This document shows, piece by piece, positions 1 through 10,115 of a stretch of 24,331 bases of DNA. Made by a program: the position numbers and the translations under genes. Within the stretch, counting starts at the first letter, position 1. Every line of letters starts with the position of its first letter. The stretch covers positions 1-24,331 of the forward strand of contig JANLOX010000323.1 in assembly GCA_031366795.1 (NCBI GenBank), given 5' to 3'. The notes under the pieces were generated by a model, which saw only the letters and a program-made list of their open reading frames with translations, searched no databases and was not told the DNA's origin. The DNA is from Candidatus Eiseniibacteriota bacterium (GTDB lineage: Bacteria > Eisenbacteria > RBG-16-71-46).

Positions 1-324
1 CGGCCCGCCATACATGAACAGCGCGATGATCGACAGCGGCGCCGTCAGCGCGGCGACAGCCAGCGCGCGCGGGAGTGAACGCGGCCCCGGCGGACGCAGC
101 GCGAACCAGACACCCGGCACGCCGAGCCCGAGCATGGCCAAGGACACCGCGAGGAACGCGAAGTGGTACCACAGCACCACGCTCAGGATGCGCGTGACCC
201 CGATCTCGTAAAGCATGACGGCGGCCGACGCCAGCGCGATGGCGAGGTACTCGCGTCCCCCGCTGGGTTCGAGCGGGGATCTTGGCTCACGGGGAAACGT
301 GCCTGCAGGTTTGCGGCGGGGCAT
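1..324 (-). CDS. Polytopic membrane protein, 5' part only (runs off the window); N-terminus resembles membrane-fused spermidine-synthase-like/SAM methyltransferase proteins
   Basis: Not in the ORF track because it has no stop in the window. ATG at 324 with AGGGGA just upstream. Translation: MPRRKPAGTFPREPRSPLEPSGGREYLAIALASAAVMLYEIGVTRILSVVLWYHFAFLAVSLAMLGLGVPG... The pattern E-x3-TRI-x-SV-x2-WYHFAFLA-x-SLA-x-LGLG is recalled from that family. The catalytic domain is not visible. Confidence 0.6.
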   Translation of the reverse strand, partial: MPRRKPAGTFPREPRSPLEPSGGREYLAIALASAAVMLYEIGVTRILSVVLWYHFAFLAVSLAMLGLGVPGVWFALRPPGPRSLPRALAVAALTAPLSIIALFMYGGP

Positions 325-512
325 CGGTCCCCTGAGTGATCGGTCGAGCGTCGGGCCTGGGACGAGCGGCCGCTCATCGGGCCGCCGCCACGCCATGGGA
401 CAGCATGAGTTATCGTAACCGCACCGTTCGCGGCTGGGAAGCATCCTAAGCCCTTACGCCACGAAAATTGCGCACCCGCCGCCGCAAGAAGAGGGGCAAG
501 AAAAAGGCGCGA

Positions 513-542
513 TTGCTGCGATATCACCCCCTGCGCTACTCT
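513..542 (+). promoter_or_regulatory. Candidate sigma70-type promoter for hsp20-lon
   Basis: TTGCTG (513-518), 18-nt spacer, TACTCT (537-542), about 30 nt before the hsp20 ATG. Preceded by an imperfect 12-bp direct repeat GCAAGAAGAGGG/GCAAGAAAAAGG (484-507). Confidence 0.3.
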
Positions 543-573
543 TGCGCTGTCGCAGTTGGGAGCCCCTACCATC

Positions 574-1020
574 ATGACATTCGATCCGGAAGACCCGCAC
601 CGCTCGCTGCAACGGAACGTTGAGCGCCTGCTCCGCAGCCTCGTTTACCAACGTCACCCCGCGACGCATTTCTCGGAGCCCGAATGGGCGCCGGCGGTCG
701 ATCTGGTGGTGGCCGAGCATTCGGCGCGCGCCATCGTCGATCTCGCCGGTGTGCCGCGCGACAACGTTCGCGTCCGCCTGCAGGGCACCACGCTCGAGAT
801 CAGCGGTCGCCGCGAACATCCCCAGGATCCGGGCGGCGCCCACTACCATCTTGCCGAGATCCTGTTCGGGGAGTTCCGCCGCACGGTCGAGTTGCCGTGG
901 GAGGCCGACCCCGATCGCGTCGAAGCCCAGTATCGTGACGGCATGCTGGAGATCCATTTCGTCCCCGACCCCACCGCAACGCGCAAACACATTACGATCG
1001 AGCAGCACAAGAGTGAGTGA
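574..1020 (+). CDS. Small heat shock protein (Hsp20/alpha-crystallin family)
   Basis: W-x-PAVDL...VDLAGV...LEISGRRE...EILFGEFRRTVELP...VEAQYRDGMLEI and C-terminal I-T-I (IxI) motif. Start moved to ATG 574 (GGGAG upstream) from the track's TTG 556. Confidence 0.92.
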   Translation: MTFDPEDPHRSLQRNVERLLRSLVYQRHPATHFSEPEWAPAVDLVVAEHSARAIVDLAGVPRDNVRVRLQGTTLEISGRREHPQDPGGAHYHLAEILFGEFRRTVELPWEADPDRVEAQYRDGMLEIHFVPDPTATRKHITIEQHKSE

Positions 1021-1044
1021 CCGAATCCAGAGAGAAGGAATCGA

Positions 1045-3668
<2,624 letters not shown>

Positions 3669-3669
<1 letters not shown>

Positions 3670-4058
3670 TGCGAATCATCGCGGCACTGCTGTGCGCATG
3701 CCTGCTGTTCCACATCGCGGCCCCGGCCGCTCAGGCGGGCGTCAACGTGAATCGCAATGGTGACGAGAACCCGATGAAGGAGGTCGCCAAATCGGTGATC
3801 TATGGCGGCATGGCGGGACTCGTGATCGGCGGCGCCATTTCATGGGCGAGTGACAATGGCAGCGCGGATGCGGTCCGTTGGGGATTCGTCAGCGGCACAT
3901 TCCTGGGACTCGGCATGGGGTTGTGGTGGGTGACGAAGCGCCCCGCTCCCACGGCCGCCCTGGAGCTGAAGGGCGGCACCCTGCGCGCACAACTCCCCGC
4001 GCCCACCGTGAGTGCCACCGGCCAGCCGCAGTTGGTGCTGGCGAAGGTGACGTTCTAG
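3669..4058 (+). CDS. Hypothetical exported/membrane protein: signal peptide, two Gly-rich hydrophobic segments, C-terminal Phe
   Basis: ATG 3669 overlaps the lon stop (TGATG); GGAGG at 3656-3660. Signal peptide MRIIAALLCACLLFHIAAPAAQA; segments GGMAGLVIGGAIS and GFVSGTFLGLGMG. Confidence 0.8.
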
Positions 4059-4076
4059 AGGGAACCGGCCGCACTC

Positions 4077-5219
4077 GTGACGACTCCCCTGACCGCCCCA
4101 CTCACGCCTGAAGCGACCGCACTCCGCGTCCACGGCGAAACAATTATCTACCGATTGTTCGACGTGGGTTACGCCATTGGCCTCGACCAGGCCTGCGAGT
4201 TGCTGTCGTCGAATGCGCCCGAGCGGCTGCGCCCGGTGCGTGGCGAAGCGCAGGCGATCCAGATCCCCAACCCGCCGGTGACCGTTGGGCTCGGCAACGA
4301 GGCCATCACCACGGGCGGGGTGCGGCATGAAGCCGAACTCTCGGCGCGCATCTTCGATTTCGGCGTCGTCTCGTTGCGCGCGCGCATCGTGGCGCCCTCG
4401 GGCGTCTCGTGGAGCCAGTTCGCCGCGCACAACGCCGACGCCAGCTCGCTCACCTCGTGGGCCGAACTGTTGACGGCTGCTTTGGAGCCGCTGCTCGCGC
4501 GCATGGCCCCCGCCATCCAACGCGCAGGCCGCGCGCCGGTCACCGAGGACTACGTGGTGTTCCGAGTGAACCGGCTCGAGGACGCCGCGGGGGTCACCGT
4601 GTCGCCCGAGTGCCTGCCTGATGAAGACATCGCGCAACTGTTGCTCGGCGAGCGGCGCAAGTTGTCGAGTGCCGCGCGACGCGAGTTGTTGTCGCAGCGC
4701 TTCACCTACTTCGAGGACGATCTCGCGGTGCTGGCGTGGGGCTCGGCGCTGGTGGTGGAGCCGGTGGCCGAGGACACCGACGTCCAGTACGTGCTCGAGT
4801 TCGCCAACGCGCAATTGCTCGAACTGCGCTTCTACGATGCCGTGCTCGATGGTGAGCTGCCGGAGATCTACACGCGGATCGCCGAGGCACGGCAGGGCTT
4901 CCACCTGCTGGGCCTGCGCTACGGCCGCCTGTTGGCGGATCTCCACACGCGCGTGGCCGATGCCACGGAACTCGTCGAGCGCGTCGAGAACTCGCTCAAG
5001 GTCACCGACGACGTGTTCCTCGCTCGAATCTACGCCGGCGCGCTGGAGTTGTTCCGCGGGCGCACCTGGCGCAACGGCATCGATCGCAAGGTCACCATCA
5101 TTCGCGAGACCTACGACATGCTGAACGCCGAGTCCCAGTCCCGCCGCGCCGAGGTGCTCGAGATCATCATCGTCGTGCTCATCATGGTCGAGCTGGCAGT
5201 GAGCCTGCTGCGGCGTTGA
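4077..5219 (+). CDS. RMD1/DUF155-like protein with C-terminal membrane anchor
   Basis: 380-aa ORF with GC-rich third positions; IFDFGVVS motif, long helical C-half, and tail SRRAEVLEIIIVVLIMVEL matching the R-x-E-x-LE-x-II-x-x-LI-x-x-E end of RMD1/DUF155-type proteins. Confidence 0.65.
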   Translation: MTTPLTAPLTPEATALRVHGETIIYRLFDVGYAIGLDQACELLSSNAPERLRPVRGEAQAIQIPNPPVTVGLGNEAITTGGVRHEAELSARIFDFGVVSLRARIVAPSGVSWSQFAAHNADASSLTSWAELLTAALEPLLARMAPAIQRAGRAPVTEDYVVFRVNRLEDAAGVTVSPECLPDEDIAQLLLGERRKLSSAARRELLSQRFTYFEDDLAVLAWGSALVVEPVAEDTDVQYVLEFANAQLLELRFYDAVLDGELPEIYTRIAEARQGFHLLGLRYGRLLADLHTRVADATELVERVENSLKVTDDVFLARIYAGALELFRGRTWRNGIDRKVTIIRETYDMLNAESQSRRAEVLEIIIVVLIMVELAVSLLRR

Positions 5220-5336
5220 CCGCGTAAACGCGGACGCGGCAGCCGCTCTCCCGTCGAATCCCGGGTCGCAGCCGCCGCGCCGTTGCTGGTCCCGGACGCT
5301 TCGTGACGCGTCCGAACTAGCCGTCGAAGGCGGCCC

Positions 5337-5774
5337 TCAGACGGTCTTGATGGGCACCGTCGTTCCCTTGGCATCCGCCGTTTTGGGCAACACCACCGTG
5401 AGCAGGCCGTTGGTGAAGGTGGCATTCACGCGCGCTTCATCGACCGTCGTCGGCAGGAGAAAACTGCGCACGAACGATCCGTACTCGCGCTCCACGCGAT
5501 AGAAATACTCCTTCTTGTCCTCCAGGTCCTGCTTCTTCTCACCCTTAATGGTCAGGATGCCGGCGTGCACGGACACGGAGATATCCTTCGGCTCGATACC
5601 CGGAACCTCGAGTTTCGCGACGAAGTCATCCTTGGTTTCCATGACGTCCGTGGACGGGTTCCACTCACCGGCCGTGGTGAATTCGAAGCCGTTCTGCTGC
5701 CAGAGCCGATCGAACATCCTGTCCATCTCCCTACGGAGGGTGTCCACTCCTGCGGTAGGTATGAGGGTCTTCAT
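5337..5774 (-). CDS. Small heat shock protein (Hsp20/alpha-crystallin family), second copy
   Basis: LRREMDRMFD, WNPSTDVMET, LEVPGIEPKDISV, LTIKGEK, RVEREYGSFVRSFLLP, FTNGLLTVVLPK, terminal VPI. GGAGAAGG SD precedes ATG 5774. Confidence 0.95.
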   Translation of the reverse strand: MKTLIPTAGVDTLRREMDRMFDRLWQQNGFEFTTAGEWNPSTDVMETKDDFVAKLEVPGIEPKDISVSVHAGILTIKGEKKQDLEDKKEYFYRVEREYGSFVRSFLLPTTVDEARVNATFTNGLLTVVLPKTADAKGTTVPIKTV

Positions 5775-5887
5775 GACCTTCTCCATTCGCGTCACAAGCC
5801 TCGTGCGATCTCCGGGGCGTCCGGTGGATCACCCGCACTGCGCGCTGCAAACTACAGGGGAGCGAGCGCAGGAGGCTGGCCATCTGT

Positions 5888-6045
5888 CTGGCATCGGGTC
5901 CGCTCGGATTTCACTCCGGCGGTCCGCGTCGCCGTTCGAGCGCCTCACTCCCCGCACGATGTTTACGCATTTGACGTGCCGTCGTTGGGAGTGCGCGCGA
6001 GCTGAGCTGGATGCGCGAAAGCTGAATGATTCCGACGGATGCCGG
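5888..6045 (+). ncRNA. Candidate rod-like structured RNA (unassigned)
   Basis: Nine collinear nested helices found by eye in an intergenic region (detailed in findings). No recognised family motif. Confidence 0.2.
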
Positions 6046-6186
6046 CGGTGACGACCCACCTCCCTGTCCGGGTTGCATGACATTGCGGCAGCACTGTGCC
6101 GAAATGACAGGCAGTAGGTCTCGTAAACTGCATCTCCCGGGGCCGCCCTGCGGGTCAGGGCATCTTACTTTGCAATCACCGGAAGC

Positions 6187-6242
6187 TCTGGGCCCCAGAT
6201 CAAGCGCTTAGCGCTTGCCTGCCCTACGTGGTGCCGTATCAT
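6187..6242 (+). promoter_or_regulatory. Candidate promoter with overlapping palindromic operator
   Basis: TTGCCT (6215-6220), 16-nt spacer, TATCAT (6237-6242). Perfect palindrome CAAGCGCT-T-AGCGCTTG (6201-6217) overlaps the -35 box. A second palindrome TCTGGG-C-CCCAGA lies at 6187-6199. Confidence 0.35.
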
Positions 6243-6295
6243 TTAGGCATCCTCATTTTACCGCCCCAGGCCGCGCGACACTCCGGAGACTCCCC

Positions 6296-7363
6296 GTGCG
6301 CTTCCCCCTGCTTGCCGCCTGTGCGCTCATCACGCTGTCCGTTGTCGCCACGAGCGCGAGTACGGCAGTGCCCAAGCCGCGCGTCGGTTCGCTCGACATC
6401 CATTCGGTCCCGCGGGTGCAACGGTACCTTCCCGGCGCCCAGATTCCGCTGAACACGCAGAGCATCTGCCGCCTCGGCCAATTCGGCGATCCCGTGGGCA
6501 CGATCGGCGACGAGACCAGCGGCGGCACGGTGTTCTATGGCGAGGGCGATACCTACTGGACGTTCCTCGAGCTGCGCCCCGACTCCTGTCCGGGCTGCGG
6601 CACGAACAAGCGTGGCGTGTTAAGCACGGCGCACCTGGCGCTCTACTTCCCGTTCGCGCCTGAGACCGTCACGGTGAAGGTCAGTGTCGTCGGCACCGTC
6701 CCCGTTCCGTGTCACTACCCGAACTACCAGGACCCGGGCGCGCTGATGTGCGCGCCGTTCAGTGCGACGCTCGACAGTCAAGATGCGTTGACCGTCGTCG
6801 ACTTCGCGATTCCGATCCCGCCCGGATGCCAGATCTCGACCCCGCCGAATGGGACAGGCAATGGCTTCCTCGGTTACGAATTCGTGAGCGCGAGCGATGC
6901 GACCACGTTCCACAAGCCGCTGCTCGCGGTGCAGGCGGCGGCCAGGGTGTGCAACTCATTCAACCCCGTCGGCGAGGTCGTCTTCGACATGGTGCCGACC
7001 TACCTCGTCGGCAACCCGGTGATGTATGCCGAGGTCGCGCAGTGTGTCTCAACGCTGGATGTCGCGTCACTGCCCGGCGCAGGACCGGCGCTCTCGCTCG
7101 GCGCTCCCACGCCGAATCCGTCGTTCGGCAGGGTCTCGCTCAAGCTGTCGCAGCCGCGTGTGGGCACGGTGGACGTCTCCGTGTACGACGCACGCGGCGC
7201 GCAAGTGCGCTCGCTGTATTCAGGCGTGGCCGCCGCGGGTGAACGCGCGATCCAGTGGAACGGCGAGGATCGCTTCGGCCGCACGGCGCCCGCGGGCGTG
7301 TACTACGTGCGCGCGTTCTCGGGAGCGGGGACTGCGGTGCAGCGGGTGTTGCGGATTCGCTAG
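6296..7363 (+). CDS. Secreted Cys-rich protein with C-terminal FlgD-Ig/T9SS type A-like domain
   Basis: GTG 6296 after GGAGA gives signal peptide MRFPLLAACALITLSVVATSASTA. Tail PNPSFG...VYDARGAQVRSL...WNGEDRFG...PAGVYYVR. The N-terminal domain was not recognised. Confidence 0.85.
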   Translation: MRFPLLAACALITLSVVATSASTAVPKPRVGSLDIHSVPRVQRYLPGAQIPLNTQSICRLGQFGDPVGTIGDETSGGTVFYGEGDTYWTFLELRPDSCPGCGTNKRGVLSTAHLALYFPFAPETVTVKVSVVGTVPVPCHYPNYQDPGALMCAPFSATLDSQDALTVVDFAIPIPPGCQISTPPNGTGNGFLGYEFVSASDATTFHKPLLAVQAAARVCNSFNPVGEVVFDMVPTYLVGNPVMYAEVAQCVSTLDVASLPGAGPALSLGAPTPNPSFGRVSLKLSQPRVGTVDVSVYDARGAQVRSLYSGVAAAGERAIQWNGEDRFGRTAPAGVYYVRAFSGAGTAVQRVLRIR

Positions 7364-7370
7364 GCTGCGC

Positions 7371-8243
7371 TTAGGCCCGCGCAGACTCCCGCAACAACGC
7401 CCGCAACTCTGCGCCCACGTCGTCCATCTCCGTGAGATCGGGCGCCAGACCGTAGGCTCCGTGCTCGTAGGCGTACTCCGCCGCGGTGTCGAGCGAGTCG
7501 ACGCCGCCTGCGCATAATTCGCGCGCGATCACCGGGGCGGTACCACGCCGCACTTCGGCGAGCACTTCTTCGGGGCTGGGCTTCATCAGCAGGCCGCTCG
7601 GGTTGATCGGGCCCGCGACGAAATCCGGCGCGATCTCCCACTCCCGCAATTGCGCGAGCAGGCTGCCGAGATTGCGCGTCTCGAGTCCGGCCGACATCTT
7701 CAAGTTGCGGCGCACGTAGCGCGTGTAGGACTCGAACATCTTGCGATTGCCCGCGGCCAGCGCGAGGTCGGTGAACCACGCGTCGAGCACAATGCCACGC
7801 ACGGAGCTGCGCGGCAGGCTGCTCAACTCGGACTCGATCAACACCGGTAGCCGCCACGCATAGTCACCACGGCCGAACATCGCCGGCCGCGCCATTCCTG
7901 CCAGCCGTGCGGTGACGCCCGCGAACCCGCGCGCACGGGCGCGGCTGGCGTTGATCACCGGCTCGAGCCCCGCGCCCAACTCCTGGCGCTCGTATTCGGA
8001 GACCGACGGCACCACGACGTACAACGGGACCTCGGTCGACAATTCGGCAAGGGCCGCGCGCAGCGCAGGAGTCGAGCAGGTGAACACGCCATCGACCTTC
8101 GCCGCGACCGCCTTGGCGAGCGTGACCGCGAGGCTCTCGGGCTCGCGATAGCGCGCCACCACTTCGAGCAGGCGGTCCCGTGTAGCGAGCGAGGGCCCGT
8201 GCAGCGAGCGCAGGCTCAGCAGCAGGCGCGGCGCGTTGTTCAT
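7371..8243 (-). CDS. Hypothetical protein, probable degenerate aldo/keto-reductase-like TIM barrel
   Basis: ATG 8243 overlaps the upstream stop (ATGA). C-terminal GPINPSGLLMKPS...PVIARELCAGG...AAEYA resembles the P-x-N...VIAM-x-x-LAAG end of AKR-like barrels. The ORF is firm; the fold call is inference. Confidence 0.6.
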   Translation of the reverse strand: MNNAPRLLLSLRSLHGPSLATRDRLLEVVARYREPESLAVTLAKAVAAKVDGVFTCSTPALRAALAELSTEVPLYVVVPSVSEYERQELGAGLEPVINASRARARGFAGVTARLAGMARPAMFGRGDYAWRLPVLIESELSSLPRSSVRGIVLDAWFTDLALAAGNRKMFESYTRYVRRNLKMSAGLETRNLGSLLAQLREWEIAPDFVAGPINPSGLLMKPSPEEVLAEVRRGTAPVIARELCAGGVDSLDTAAEYAYEHGAYGLAPDLTEMDDVGAELRALLRESARA

Positions 8244-9340
8244 GAGACCGCCAGCGCCACGGGATTGCCGCCGGTGCGCGAAGAAGTGTAGACGGCGTCC
8301 ATCACACGCAGCGCGCGCACGGCGCGTTCGGCGCGGTGGATCGGCGGCTCGCCGCCGGCGACCCACGCCAGGAACGAGGCGAGCACGCGGTACGTGGCCT
8401 CACCATCGAGATCGAAGCGCGCGGCTTGCGCCAGGTCCGCGAGGCCCAGACGCGTGTGGCCGGCGCGGAAGGTGCCGCGCTCTTCAATGATATCGAGTTC
8501 CACGGCGTCGTCGGAAGCGAGCAGCTTGCCGTTCTCGCCCTCGAACTCCAGCACCGTCGCGGCGGCGGGATAACCGGGCACGCTCCACGAGGCGTCGAGC
8601 CCTACTTCGCCGCCACTCGGCAGCGTCAGCGTGACGTGCACCTCATCTTCGAGCTCACCGAATAACCGCTGCGCCGTGGCGCGTACCTGCTTGGGGCTGC
8701 CGAAGGTCTCGACCGCATAGAACAACGCATCGATCGCCTCGTGCAGCAGCACGCCGCCCGTGGCGCCGCCCGCGGCCAATGCGGCCTGGCGCGAGGTGTC
8801 GAACACGCGCGAACGGTAGGTCGAGCAACGCACGCGGCGCGCGGCGCCCAGTGTGCCGCTCGCCAGCACCGCGGAGGCTTCGGCGAACACGGGGTGGAAC
8901 ATCAACGCATGACTGCACGCCAGCGGCACCCGCTTATCACGCGACAGCAGCGCCAGCGATTCGGCCTCATGCAGCGCCGAGGACAGTGGGCGATCGGTCA
9001 GCACGGCCACGCCCGAGTCGAGCGCCTCGCGCACCAGCGCGGGCCGCGTGTGGTGGGCGCCGGTGACGATGAGCGCGTCGGGCTTCTCTCGCTCGATCAG
9101 CGTCGCCAGGCGTTCGAACGCCGGCAGCTTGAACCCGGCGCCCTTGGCGGCGCGGCGCGCGGCGCTGTCCGCTTCGGCAAACCCGACCAGTTCGACATTC
9201 GGGATTGAGCGGGCGACCGCGGCCTGGACGATGCCGGCGCGGCCGAGCCCCGCCACCGCGAGGCGCAAAGGCTTGAGCGGCGCGGGAGGCGTGGAACTGC
9301 CACCCGGCTCCGAAAGCTTGGAATCAATCAGCGTTGTCAC
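8240..9340 (-). CDS. Gfo/Idh/MocA family oxidoreductase with non-canonical catalytic motifs
   Basis: Rossmann motif LRLAVAGLGRAG, PDALIVT, VLTDRP (the EKP position), GGVLLHEAID, ASWS, LEFEGENGKL, ALRVMDAVYTS. GGGAG and AAGGAG upstream of the GTG. Confidence 0.88.
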   Translation of the reverse strand: MTTLIDSKLSEPGGSSTPPAPLKPLRLAVAGLGRAGIVQAAVARSIPNVELVGFAEADSAARRAAKGAGFKLPAFERLATLIEREKPDALIVTGAHHTRPALVREALDSGVAVLTDRPLSSALHEAESLALLSRDKRVPLACSHALMFHPVFAEASAVLASGTLGAARRVRCSTYRSRVFDTSRQAALAAGGATGGVLLHEAIDALFYAVETFGSPKQVRATAQRLFGELEDEVHVTLTLPSGGEVGLDASWSVPGYPAAATVLEFEGENGKLLASDDAVELDIIEERGTFRAGHTRLGLADLAQAARFDLDGEATYRVLASFLAWVAGGEPPIHRAERAVRALRVMDAVYTSSRTGGNPVALAVS

Positions 9341-9431
9341 GGTGCTCCCGCGGCTCCTTCCGTGGGCTGCCCGGCAAGCGACGGAGCCGCCCAGAGGATG
9401 GACGGCTCCGGTAGATCGCGCCGGTCACCCC

Positions 9432-9460
9432 ACGCTACACGCGCAGCGGGCGACGGGCAA
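9432..9460 (-). promoter_or_regulatory. Candidate sigma70-type promoter for the oxidoreductase pair
   Basis: Minus strand TTGCCC (9460-9455), 17-nt spacer, TAGCGT (9437-9432); implies a leader of about 85 nt. Confidence 0.35.
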
Positions 9461-9477
9461 CCGTGAGGGATACCCAG

Positions 9478-10056
9478 CTACGCCGACTTCTTGAACTCGA
9501 TCCGCACGTCCTGGCGATCGGATTCGCTTACCTTGAAGAACTCGGACGGCTCGTAGTGACACCAGTCGGCGACGAGTTTGTCCGGCATCTGCTCGAGCCG
9601 GGTGTTGAAGGTCGCGACAACGTCGTTGTAGTACTCACGACGGTCGGCGATCTGGTTCTCGAGTTCGCTGATGCGGTTCTGGAGTTGGTTGAAGTTCTGG
9701 TTCGCCTTGAGCTCGGGGTAGGCCTCGGCGATGGCGAAGAACTGGCCCAGCGCCTGGGTCAGCGTGCTCTCGGCCTGCGCGCGCTCACCTACCGTGCGCG
9801 CCTTCATCAGTCCCCCGCGCGCCTCGCCCAGTTGCGTGAACACGGCGCGCTCATGCTGCATGTACGCCTCACACGTGCTCACCAGCTTTGGCAATTCATC
9901 GTGGCGCTGCTTGAGCAGCACGTCGATGTTGGCCCACGAGCGGGCGATGTTGTTCTTGAGCGACACCAGCCCGTTGTAGATCGTCAACGCATAACCCACC
10001 GTGCTGAGGCACGCGAACAAGAACAGAACAGCTACCATGATTTCACCCACGCGCAT
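9478..10056 (-). CDS. lemA: LemA family protein
   Basis: N-terminal TM, then YNGLVSLKNNIARSWANIDVLLKQRHDELPKLV, AEAYPELKANQNF, LENQIADRREYYNDVV. GAGGTG SD. Confidence 0.95.
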   Translation of the reverse strand: MRVGEIMVAVLFLFACLSTVGYALTIYNGLVSLKNNIARSWANIDVLLKQRHDELPKLVSTCEAYMQHERAVFTQLGEARGGLMKARTVGERAQAESTLTQALGQFFAIAEAYPELKANQNFNQLQNRISELENQIADRREYYNDVVATFNTRLEQMPDKLVADWCHYEPSEFFKVSESDRQDVRIEFKKSA

Positions 10057-10115
10057 TGGTCACCTCATCCGATCAAAGCCGTCGCGCGAAGGCGCCGGCA
10101 GGTTCATTCGAAGGC

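Noticed and set aside
325..573. CIRCE, HAIR or ROSE heat-shock elements upstream of hsp20-lon (also checked 5775-5880 for the second hsp20)
   Set aside because: No TTAGCACTC-N9-GAGTGCTAA, no CTTGAGT-N7-ACTCAAG, and no U(U/C)GCU pairing over the SD was seen.
5293..5314. Hairpin CGGACGC-N8-GCGTCCG between the convergent RMD1-like and hsp20 genes
   Set aside because: Plausible position, but there is no U-tract on either strand, so it is not called a terminator.
6004..6050. GAGCTGGATGCG...GAAAG resembling the start of group II intron domain V
   Set aside because: The complementary 3' arm and domain VI are missing, and there is no reverse transcriptase or interrupted gene.
6159..6173. GGCATCTTACTTTGC as a plus-strand sigma54 promoter
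   Set aside because: GG-to-GC spacing is 11 nt rather than the required 10.
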